Of a DNA stretch of 49,354 nt, positions 41,040 through 49,354 are shown piece by piece; position 1 is the first letter of the stretch; each line of letters starts with the position of its first letter. The position numbers and the translations under genes were made by a program. The stretch lies in contig JBQTHY010000034.1 in NCBI GenBank assembly GCA_052389395.1, positions 1-49,354 on the forward strand. Reading direction: 5' to 3'. The stretch is from Nitrospiraceae bacterium (GTDB lineage: Bacteria > Nitrospirota > Nitrospiria > Nitrospirales > Nitrospiraceae). Under the pieces are notes generated by a model. That model did no database searches. It was given only the letters and a program-made list of their open reading frames with translations, and was not told where the DNA came from.

Positions 41040-42911
41040 ATGGCAACGGCAAGTTATCCGGAATCAGAACTCTCGGAACTCCATCGTCGGCTCACGATTC
41101 TTCGGGTGGCGCTCGTGTTGGTGGTGGCGTTGCTCGGCCTCCGTCTATGGCATCTGCAAATCCGCGAAGGGCACCACTACCAAGACCTCTCGGAAAATAA
41201 TCGAACCAGGCTTGTGCTCCTTGAACCGGCCCGCGGGCTCATCTATGACCGGCATGGCGTGCTTTTGGCGAACAATGTTCCGAGCTTCAGTCTCTATGTC
41301 ACGCTGGAAGACGTGGCGGATCGCGAAGCATTGATTCGGAAGTTGACAGACTTGCTCGGCTTGGATCCCGCACTCATCCGGAAAAAGCTGGCCGGGAAGG
41401 AGAGCAAGCAGCTGCCGCGCAAGATCAAGGATCGATTGACTCTCCGCGATGCAACGGTGATCGAATCCAATCGGTTGGATCTGCCAGGAGTTATGGTCCA
41501 AGTCGAGTCGCAACGCAATTATCCCGACGGCGTGGCGGCGGCCCACCTCTTGGGCTACGTCGGAGAAATTTCGGCCGATCAGCTGGAAAAACCAGAGTTT
41601 GCGGACCTGCATCAAGGCAGCGTCATCGGCCAGTATGGGGTTGAAAAATCCTACGATCTGCATATGCGAGGTGTGGCCGGCCAGAAAAGCGTCGAAGTCG
41701 ATGCTCTCGGTCATGAAAAGCAGAACGCGGTCGTCGAGAAGCCGCAGTCGGGGAACGACCTCTATCTCACCATCGACATGCGATTGCAGAAAGTCGCAGA
41801 GGACCTTTTGGGTGAGGAGTCTGGCGCCATCGTCGCCTTAGATCCCTCCAATGGCGATATTCTGGCTATGGCCAGCCGTCCGGCGTTCGATCCGAATGTC
41901 CTTTCGCGAGAATTGACGCCTAAACAATGGGTCGAGATCGTGCAGGACGAAGGCCGTCCGTTGAATAATCGTGCCTCTCAGGGCCAGTATCCCCCGGGTT
42001 CCACGTTTAAGGTTCCCATGGCCGTCGCCGGGTTGGAGACGAATACGGTATCGCCCTCCAGCACCGTGTACTGCAATGGAGGTTACCAGTTCGGGAACCG
42101 GATCTATCGTGACTGGAAAGCGGGCGGGCATGGCTATGTCGATCTCCATGCTGCCTTGGTGCATTCCTGCGACGTGTACTTTTATAAGCTGGGCCAGCGG
42201 ATGGGGATCGATGTCATGGCCGACTTCGGCAGGGAGTTCGGGCTTGGGCAGGGAACTGGTGTCGAGTTGCCGTCGGAGCGCCTCGGTATTATGCCGTCCA
42301 CCGACTGGAAGCAGAAAGCGAAGAACGAAGCCTGGTTACCTGGTGAGACCATTTCGGCGGCGATCGGACAAGGCTATGTGACGGTGACGCCGTTGCAGAT
42401 GGCAAGTTTGATCGGGACAGTCGCCAATAACGGCGTGAGTTATCGTCCCCGTCTCGTGCAAGCCGTCATGGATCGGACGACGGGGAACCTGCAAGAATTG
42501 CCGGCAGTTCCGCGTCGGTCGGTCAAGGCCAAGCCAGAGACGTTCCGCTTCATCAAAGAAGCGCTGGCCGACGTCGTGAACATCGGAACAGCGACCCGTG
42601 CGAAGTCCGCTCTCGTGACGATCGGCGGGAAAACGGGGACGGCTCAGGTGGCGGCGCTTCGAACGGCGTCTGACAAAGACATCCCCAAGAAGTTACGCGA
42701 TCATGCCTGGTTTATAGCCTTCGCCCCTGTGGAGTCGCCGAAAATCGCGGTCGCCGTCCTCGTCGAGCATATGGGACACGGAGGGTCCGCCGCGGCTCCT
42801 CTCGCGAAGGAAGTCATTGAGACCTACGTCCAGCTGGCCCCGCGGGTTCCAATCGTGACGTCGGAATCGTCCGGCAGGATCCAGGATCGGCCTTCGTCGG
42901 AACAGTCATGA
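41040..42911 (+). CDS. mrdA: Penicillin-binding protein 2
   Basis: RGLIYDR, YPPGSTFK (SxxK), SCD, GKTGTAQ, DHAWF. Confidence 0.97.
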   Translation: MATASYPESELSELHRRLTILRVALVLVVALLGLRLWHLQIREGHHYQDLSENNRTRLVLLEPARGLIYDRHGVLLANNVPSFSLYVTLEDVADREALIRKLTDLLGLDPALIRKKLAGKESKQLPRKIKDRLTLRDATVIESNRLDLPGVMVQVESQRNYPDGVAAAHLLGYVGEISADQLEKPEFADLHQGSVIGQYGVEKSYDLHMRGVAGQKSVEVDALGHEKQNAVVEKPQSGNDLYLTIDMRLQKVAEDLLGEESGAIVALDPSNGDILAMASRPAFDPNVLSRELTPKQWVEIVQDEGRPLNNRASQGQYPPGSTFKVPMAVAGLETNTVSPSSTVYCNGGYQFGNRIYRDWKAGGHGYVDLHAALVHSCDVYFYKLGQRMGIDVMADFGREFGLGQGTGVELPSERLGIMPSTDWKQKAKNEAWLPGETISAAIGQGYVTVTPLQMASLIGTVANNGVSYRPRLVQAVMDRTTGNLQELPAVPRRSVKAKPETFRFIKEALADVVNIGTATRAKSALVTIGGKTGTAQVAALRTASDKDIPKKLRDHAWFIAFAPVESPKIAVAVLVEHMGHGGSAAAPLAKEVIETYVQLAPRVPIVTSESSGRIQDRPSSEQS

Positions 42912-44029
42912 TAGATCGCTTCACCGATAATCGCGGTGTCGACAACTTCGATCTCCGCTATCTGGGATTAATCCTCGCCATTCTTGGAATCGGAATGCTC
43001 TCGATCCATAGTGTCACACACGGTCAGCAGGGCGGAATAACCCCGTATTACCTGAAGCAGTTCGTATGGATATGCTTAGGGATGGTCGCGTTTGTCGTGA
43101 TGTGGATGTCAGACTATCACCGCATTGCGCGGCTGGCCTATCCGGCATACGTGCTCGTGCTGCTGATGCTGGTGTTTGTGCTGTTCGAGGGACGAACAAG
43201 CAAAGGAGCGCAGCGGTGGATTGCGTTGGGACCGTTCAGTTTTCAGCCTTCAGAGTTCGCCAAGCTCGTGCTCATTCTCATGCTGGCTCATTACTATTCG
43301 AAGGCGCCTCGCGTGGGTTGGCTCCAACGTGTGATCGTGCCGGGTTTGTTGATGTTGCCGGGACTCCTTCTGATTCTCAAACAGCCGGATTTAGGGAGCG
43401 GATTCAGTTTCGTCGCCGTCTATGCCGCGATGCTCTTGATGGTTGGAGTTCGGTCCGAAGCGTTGGGTGTCATACTCCTTTTTTCGGTCATGCTGTTCCC
43501 GTTTGCCTGGGAAGGACTGTGGGGGTCCTTGCATGATTATCAGCGACAGCGCATTATGGCGTTCGTGGATCCTGATTATGATCCGGGTGGAAAAGGTTAT
43601 CATGCGTTGCAATCGAGAATTGCGATCGGCTCAGGGGAACTGGTGGGGAAAGGACTCTACGGCGGAACCCAGAGCCAGCTGAAGTTTTTGCCGGAAGGAC
43701 ACACCGATTTCATCTTTGCGGTGTATGCGGAAGAATGGGGATTTCTTGGCGTGCTCTTGCTGTTGGCGTTGTTTGTCGCGCTCATCTGGTTATCGCTAGA
43801 AATTGCTTCCACAGCGAAGGATCAGCTGGGTGCGCTCCTCGCCGCAGGGATTGTGGCCATGCTCTGTTTCTGCGTCGTCGTCAACATCGGCATGACGGCG
43901 GGGATGTTCCCGATCGTGGGTATTCCCCTGCCGCTCGTCAGTTACGGCGGAAGCGCCACGATTATGACCATGGCGTCGTTGGGATTGTTGCTGAATGTCA
44001 AACGAAGACGGTTAAGTTTGTTCTATTGA
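42908..44029 (+). CDS. rodA: SEDS peptidoglycan polymerase RodA
   Basis: GAQRWI, QPSEFAK, QPDLG, LPEGHTDF, LPLVSYGGS. Confidence 0.97.
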   Translation: MIDRFTDNRGVDNFDLRYLGLILAILGIGMLSIHSVTHGQQGGITPYYLKQFVWICLGMVAFVVMWMSDYHRIARLAYPAYVLVLLMLVFVLFEGRTSKGAQRWIALGPFSFQPSEFAKLVLILMLAHYYSKAPRVGWLQRVIVPGLLMLPGLLLILKQPDLGSGFSFVAVYAAMLLMVGVRSEALGVILLFSVMLFPFAWEGLWGSLHDYQRQRIMAFVDPDYDPGGKGYHALQSRIAIGSGELVGKGLYGGTQSQLKFLPEGHTDFIFAVYAEEWGFLGVLLLLALFVALIWLSLEIASTAKDQLGALLAAGIVAMLCFCVVVNIGMTAGMFPIVGIPLPLVSYGGSATIMTMASLGLLLNVKRRRLSLFY

Positions 44030-44198
44030 GATGAGTAGAGGACCGATGGCACATCGCGGTGCCGGTCGTCCAGAGAGTTGATACTAATACGTATAGAGCG
44101 CCATCGGAGTGCGTGCGGGTGATGGACCTGTTGGACCTGGGCATGGCGCCCGCGTCCATCGCTCCCCGCCTTTTGGGCTCTAGGAATAGGGAGTTTTT

Positions 44199-45707
44199 AT
44201 GGGAATTGAAATTGCGATTACGATTGCGCGCGAAGAAACTCGCGTGGCAGTCCTTGATGGAAGAGTGGTCACCGAGTTGTTCGGGGATCGCTCAAAACAC
44301 AAAGATTTTGTTGGAAACATCTATAAAGGAAAAGTCGCCAAGGTCCTGCCCGGCATGCAAGCCGCGTTCGTCGACATCGGGATGGAGAAGGCGGCATTCA
44401 TGCATGTGTCCGATTTCTCGATGGATGCAGAAGCAGGAGATTTCTTGGTCGATGCGGAAGAGGACGACAAGGATTCGGACGTGCTCAGGCCGAAGCGGCA
44501 GAGTGCGAAACCGATCGAACAGCTTCTGAGCGAAGGCCAGGAGTTGATGGTCCAGATTTCGAAGGGGCCTATCGGGACGAAAGGTCCGCGGGTCACAACC
44601 TACGTGTCGTTGCCTGGCCGATATCTCGTGTTCATGCCAAATGTCGAACACATCGGCGTCTCCAGACGAATCGCGCGCGACGAAGAGCGGGCAAGGCTTA
44701 AGGATATCATGCGACAAGTCCGCCGCCAGGGCTGTGGCTACATCGTGCGGACAGTCAGTGAAGGCGTCAAGGAAGATGAGCTCAAATCCGACGTCGACTT
44801 TCTGCATGTCCTCTGGCAGGACATTCTGACGAAGCGGGAGCAGTTGAGCGCTCCGGCGTTGTTGCATACCGATTTGAGTTTGAGCTTCCGCGTCGTACGG
44901 GACCTTTTCGGAAAGAAAGTGGATCGACTCTGGATCGATTCGCGAGAGGAGTACGAAGCCATTCGTGATTTCGTGCAACGGTTTTCCCCCGAACAGACCT
45001 CGCGGATTCACTTCTACGACAAGGATGAGCGGCTGTTCGACCACCTCGGAGTCGAGCAGGAGATTGAGCGTGCGATGAGTCGGAAGGTGTGGCTGAAGTC
45101 AGGCGGGTACCTCGTGATCGATCACACGGAAGCGATGACGGTCATCGACGTCAATACAGGGCGGTTTGTCGGGAAACGGGATCAGGAAGAGACGATTCTC
45201 CGCACCAATCTGGAGGCCGCCAAGGAAGTAGCCTATCAGCTCAAATTGCGCGGGATCGGCGGCATCATCATCGTTGACTTCATCGACATGGAGCGCGAGA
45301 AGAATCGCGATAAGGTTTACCACATGCTGGTTGATGCGATGGCCTCCGACAAAGCGCGGACCAGGATATCGAGGATTTCGGACCTCGGCCTGATCGAGAT
45401 CTCGCGCGAGCGCGTCCGCGAGGATTTGTTACGCTCACTCTGCGAACCATGTCACTACTGTGAAGGCCGCGGGTATACGAAGTCTCCGACGACCGTGGTA
45501 TACGAGATTTTTCGCGAGATCCGCAGGATTGAACCATCCGCGAATCATCAACGGATTGTCGTTGGGACCCATCCCACGGTGGCCGAACTGTTGCAAGACG
45601 AAGAGCGTCAGGGGATTGAAGTCTTGGAGCGAGATTGCTCGGCAAAAATCATTGTCACACCGGACAGCCAATTGCACCTCGAACAGTACGATCTCGTCGT
45701 GTTATAG
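44199..45707 (+). CDS. rng: Ribonuclease G (Rne/Rng family)
   Basis: GNIYKG..VLPGMQAAFVDIG, IDVNTG, TNLEAA, DFIDM, CHYCEGRG; 502 aa, no RNase E scaffold. Confidence 0.93.
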   Translation: MGIEIAITIAREETRVAVLDGRVVTELFGDRSKHKDFVGNIYKGKVAKVLPGMQAAFVDIGMEKAAFMHVSDFSMDAEAGDFLVDAEEDDKDSDVLRPKRQSAKPIEQLLSEGQELMVQISKGPIGTKGPRVTTYVSLPGRYLVFMPNVEHIGVSRRIARDEERARLKDIMRQVRRQGCGYIVRTVSEGVKEDELKSDVDFLHVLWQDILTKREQLSAPALLHTDLSLSFRVVRDLFGKKVDRLWIDSREEYEAIRDFVQRFSPEQTSRIHFYDKDERLFDHLGVEQEIERAMSRKVWLKSGGYLVIDHTEAMTVIDVNTGRFVGKRDQEETILRTNLEAAKEVAYQLKLRGIGGIIIVDFIDMEREKNRDKVYHMLVDAMASDKARTRISRISDLGLIEISRERVREDLLRSLCEPCHYCEGRGYTKSPTTVVYEIFREIRRIEPSANHQRIVVGTHPTVAELLQDEERQGIEVLERDCSAKIIVTPDSQLHLEQYDLVVL

Positions 45708-45809
45708 AACCGCACTGCATCTGCCGGTGCATCGCGTCATCCACGTGACTCGCGTGGCAAAGCATTCCTGGCGTAGTGGCGGACTTCCTGTACTCCATCG
45801 GTGTATGTA

Positions 45810-46928
45810 ATGGATGCGGATTCGCTGACCTCATGGTTGGTGCTCCAGACGATCGATGGTGTGGGCGACCGCACGCTCCTGAAGCTGATCCAAGCGTTCG
45901 GATCACCGAAGGCGGTGCTCACGGCCTCACGGCATGACCTGATGCAGGCCGGTTGCAGTCCTGAGCTGGCCGAATCGGTTCGGCGTGGCCCTGACCCGAA
46001 GATCCGCCAACAGATTGATCGGCAGCTGCAGGTCGCCGAACGTCTTAAGATCCGCGTCATCACCCTATGTGACCAAGCGTATCCCGCTCGACTTAGAACG
46101 ATACCTGATCCGCCTCCGCTCCTGTATGTCAAGGGAGCCTTGTCGGCGCAGGACGACGTGGCGATGGCGATTGTGGGAGGGCGGCGAGCCACGCCATCCG
46201 GACGGATGATCACCGAGGAGATCGCGAGGGAGCTTGCCGAACGAGGTGTAACCATCGTCAGCGGCCTGGCATGCGGGATCGATGCGGCGGCGCACCGAGG
46301 AGCGCTGGCCGGCAAAGGCCGGACCATCGCGGTTCTAGGATGTGGGATCGATCGCACCTACCCGCCAGAACATGACACTCTGCGGCGCGGCATCGAATCA
46401 CACGGAGCCGTGATCTCCGAGTTGCCGATCGGCTCTCTTCCGCATAGTCATCACTTCCCACGAAGAAATCGGATCATCAGCGGGCTGTCGTTAGGTGTCC
46501 TCGTGAGTGAGGCTGCGGTGAACAGCGGGTCGCTCATCACGGCGAAGCTGGCCCTGGAGCAGGGACGCGAGGTGTTTGCCGTACCGGGCTCGGTGAAACA
46601 GGAGGCCTGTCGCGGGTCGAACGGTCTCATCAAAGAGGGAGCGAAATTGATCGAGAGAGCCGAGGACATTCTCGATGAAATCTTGCCACAAGTGGACGCG
46701 CGCCTGCGGGCTACGCTGTCTGTTGCTGGGACACCATCGGGCCCACGCGAGCCGATGGGAAAAGAAGATGCCTTGGTGTATGAGGCGCTTTCATATGAGG
46801 CGCTATCCGTTGATGCGGTAATCGAAAGCACGGGGCTGAGCGCCGCACAAGTGGCGGCCACCTTGCTTTCGCTGGAATTGTACGGCCGTGTTCGTCAGCT
46901 TCCGGGCCAGCAGTACATTCGTCTCTAG
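45810..46928 (+). CDS. dprA: DNA-processing protein DprA
   Basis: YPARL..IPDPPPLLYVKG, IVSGLA.GID, FPRRNRIISG, SGSLITA, C-terminal winged helix. Confidence 0.97.
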   Translation: MDADSLTSWLVLQTIDGVGDRTLLKLIQAFGSPKAVLTASRHDLMQAGCSPELAESVRRGPDPKIRQQIDRQLQVAERLKIRVITLCDQAYPARLRTIPDPPPLLYVKGALSAQDDVAMAIVGGRRATPSGRMITEEIARELAERGVTIVSGLACGIDAAAHRGALAGKGRTIAVLGCGIDRTYPPEHDTLRRGIESHGAVISELPIGSLPHSHHFPRRNRIISGLSLGVLVSEAAVNSGSLITAKLALEQGREVFAVPGSVKQEACRGSNGLIKEGAKLIERAEDILDEILPQVDARLRATLSVAGTPSGPREPMGKEDALVYEALSYEALSVDAVIESTGLSAAQVAATLLSLELYGRVRQLPGQQYIRL

Positions 46929-47012
46929 CAAGCGACGTTCACCATTGTAGTTGCATGAATCTTCGATATTTGATACGGATGATGCAGTTCTTCAGGTGCA
47001 GAGGGAGTTGTC

Positions 47013-49352
47013 ATGGCGAAATCTCTGATCATCGTTGAGTCGCCGACGAAGGCGAAAACGATCACCAAGTATCTAGGCCGTGGCTATACAGTCATGGCAT
47101 CGGTCGGTCATGTCAAGGATCTGCCGACCAGTAAGTTGGGGGTCGATCTCGAACACGATTTCAAGCCGCACTACGTCACGATCAAGGGCAAGGCGAAGGT
47201 CCTGGCCGAAATTAAGAAGAAAGCCGAGGAAGCCGACAAAGTTTACCTGGCGCCGGACCCCGATCGCGAAGGGGAGGCCATCGCCTGGCACATCGAGCAA
47301 GAGCTGTTGGGGAAATCGAAAAAGAAGAAAAGCGGGAAGATCTTCCGCGTCTTGTTCAATGAGATCACCCAGTCGGCAATCAAACGCGCGCTGCAGTCGC
47401 CGGGCGAGATCGATATGAATTTGGTCAATGCTCAGCAGGCTCGCCGAGTGCTGGATCGCATCGTCGGCTATCAAGGCAGCCAATTGCTTTGGAATAAAGT
47501 GCGCCGCGGCCTCAGTATGGGACGCGTGCAGTCCGTCGCGCTGCGGCTGATTTGCGAGCGCGAGGCGGAGCGGGAGGCGTTCCGTTCGGAGGAATATTGG
47601 TCGATCACCGCACTGCTCGCCGGAACGAATCCCCCGCCGTTCGAAGCCAAGCTCCATAGTATTAATGGTGAAGAAGCCTCGATAGCGACCGCAAAGGACG
47701 CACAGAAAGTAGTCGGCGAGATCGAAGGGAAGCCCTTCGCCGTCACCGCGATCGAACGGAAGGAAAAAAAGCGAAACCCGGTCGCCCCCTTCATTACGAG
47801 CCGGTTGCAACAGGAAGCCGCGCGCAAGCTGCGCTTCACGCCCAAGAAAACCATGACCCTCGCGCAACAGCTCTACGAAGGAGTCGAGATAGGCGCCGAG
47901 GGTTCGACCGGCCTCATCACCTACATGCGAACGGACTCGCCGAGAATCTCGCAGGAAGCGATGGATGATGCCCGGCAGGTGATTCAGGAGCGGTTCGGCG
48001 CGGATTATCTTCCCGCAACCCCGAACGTCTACAAAACTTCAAAAGCAGCGCAGGAGGCGCACGAAGCGATTCGTCCCACGTCGGCGGCCCGCGATCCCGA
48101 GTCAATCAGACAGTATCTGGACCCCGATCAATACAATCTCTATAAGCTGATATGGAACCGTTTCATCGCGTCGCAGATGGTGCCGGCGATCCTCGACGTT
48201 ACTCGCGTCGAATCGAAACCGCTCAACACGAAGAGAGCCTACCTGTTCCGCTCCACCGGGACTGTGGTGAAATTCCCCGGCCACACGATCGTCTATATGG
48301 AAGGAGTCGACAAGGAACTCTTCGCGCAAAAGCCGAAGTCGGACGATGAGGCCGAAGAAGGAGCTGAACGGCAACTGCCGTCGCTCGCAGAGGGCGAGCG
48401 GTTGCGCTTGGTCGAGCAGGCCGAACAGACCGTTCCTGGGGTGACCTCGAAGCAGCATTTCACGGAGCCTCCGTCTCGTTACAACGAAGCGCTCTTGATC
48501 AAGGAACTGGAAGAGAAGGGGATCGGCCGGCCGTCCACCTATGCGGCGATCATTTCCACAATTCAAGAGCGCAAGTACGTCGAAAAGGTCGACGGACGGT
48601 TCCAGCCGACCGAGACAGGACGCACGGTGAACGACTTCCTCTTGAAGGGGTTTCCGGACGTCGTCGATGTGGGCTTTACGTCGCAACTTGAAGCAGAGCT
48701 CGACGAAGTCGAAGAAGGCAACAAGCCCTGGGTTGATGCGGTGCGCGATTTTTACAATCCGTTCACGGTGGATCTGGAAAAAGCCAAGACGATCCCCGGC
48801 CCCAAGGACACGATCGAACCGCCCACGAACATTCCTTGCGAGAAATGCGGCAGGATCATGCAGATCAAATGGGGGCGGAACGGCAAATTCCTCGCCTGTC
48901 CTGGGTATAAGGACGATCCGCCTTGCAAAAATACCAAGAATTTCGAGAAATTGCCGGACGGTACCATCAAAATTGTGCCGAAGCAGGAACTCACGACCGA
49001 TCAGATCTGTGACAAGTGTGGAAGCCCGATGGTGGTCAAAACCGGTCGATTCGGCAACTTCATCGCCTGTTCCGCCTACCCGCAGTGCAAGACAACCAAA
49101 CCGTTGGCGCTGGGTGTCAGATGTCCGCAGCATGGCTGTGGCGGAGATTTGGTGCAGAAGCGAACGCGCAAGGGCCGCTCGTTCTTTGCCTGCAGCAAGT
49201 ATCCGCAGTGCGAATACGCGCTCTGGGACCGTCCTGTGCCGAAGACCTGTCCAACCTGTCATGCTCCATTCCTGATCGAGAAAATCAGCAAGCAGGCTGG
49301 ACGGAGTGTGCAGTGCCGCAATGAGGACTGTGGTTACCGCGAAGCAGGCTGA
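47013..49352 (+). CDS. topA: DNA topoisomerase I
   Basis: VESPTKAKTI, DPDREGEAIAWH, GRVQS, ITYMRTDS, GIGRPSTYA, C-terminal Zn ribbons. Confidence 0.99.
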   Translation: MAKSLIIVESPTKAKTITKYLGRGYTVMASVGHVKDLPTSKLGVDLEHDFKPHYVTIKGKAKVLAEIKKKAEEADKVYLAPDPDREGEAIAWHIEQELLGKSKKKKSGKIFRVLFNEITQSAIKRALQSPGEIDMNLVNAQQARRVLDRIVGYQGSQLLWNKVRRGLSMGRVQSVALRLICEREAEREAFRSEEYWSITALLAGTNPPPFEAKLHSINGEEASIATAKDAQKVVGEIEGKPFAVTAIERKEKKRNPVAPFITSRLQQEAARKLRFTPKKTMTLAQQLYEGVEIGAEGSTGLITYMRTDSPRISQEAMDDARQVIQERFGADYLPATPNVYKTSKAAQEAHEAIRPTSAARDPESIRQYLDPDQYNLYKLIWNRFIASQMVPAILDVTRVESKPLNTKRAYLFRSTGTVVKFPGHTIVYMEGVDKELFAQKPKSDDEAEEGAERQLPSLAEGERLRLVEQAEQTVPGVTSKQHFTEPPSRYNEALLIKELEEKGIGRPSTYAAIISTIQERKYVEKVDGRFQPTETGRTVNDFLLKGFPDVVDVGFTSQLEAELDEVEEGNKPWVDAVRDFYNPFTVDLEKAKTIPGPKDTIEPPTNIPCEKCGRIMQIKWGRNGKFLACPGYKDDPPCKNTKNFEKLPDGTIKIVPKQELTTDQICDKCGSPMVVKTGRFGNFIACSAYPQCKTTKPLALGVRCPQHGCGGDLVQKRTRKGRSFFACSKYPQCEYALWDRPVPKTCPTCHAPFLIEKISKQAGRSVQCRNEDCGYREAG

Positions 49353-49354
49353 TC

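Overview
Bacterial chromosomal backbone, GC-rich and mostly on the + strand. The gene order and proteins look like Nitrospira/Nitrospirota (inference, no search run). In order: a partial exported TPR protein, a yciI pseudogene, DUF2203, rho-rpmE-prfA-prmC-murA, then a his operon (G, D, B, H, A, F, IE). The his operon is interrupted between hisB and hisH by a ~2.2 kb antisense islet carrying a GNAT, a frameshifted Cys-rich secreted protein and a Phd/ParE toxin-antitoxin pair. Next come HIT, dnaG-rpoD-tRNA(CAT), a Zn-ribbon protein, a short RNase HIII, an M48 peptidase, PilZ, RNase P RNA, ilvBNC-psd-pssA, a Leu T-box, leuA-cupin-leuB, an NHL-repeat remnant, asd, DUF2905-spoIID-queA, SurA-N, RDD-mreBCD-mrdA-rodA-rng, dprA and topA. 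No large novel multi-gene system, CRISPR array, prophage or transposase is visible. The most unusual signals are non-coding or small. (i) The Leu T-box carries a palindromic repeat inside Stem I and a related copy right after its terminator. (ii) A 301-bp MITE-like element has termini that supply the stop codons of two convergent genes. (iii) The his-operon islet hides a frameshifted 8-Cys secreted protein whose stop overlaps the GNAT start.
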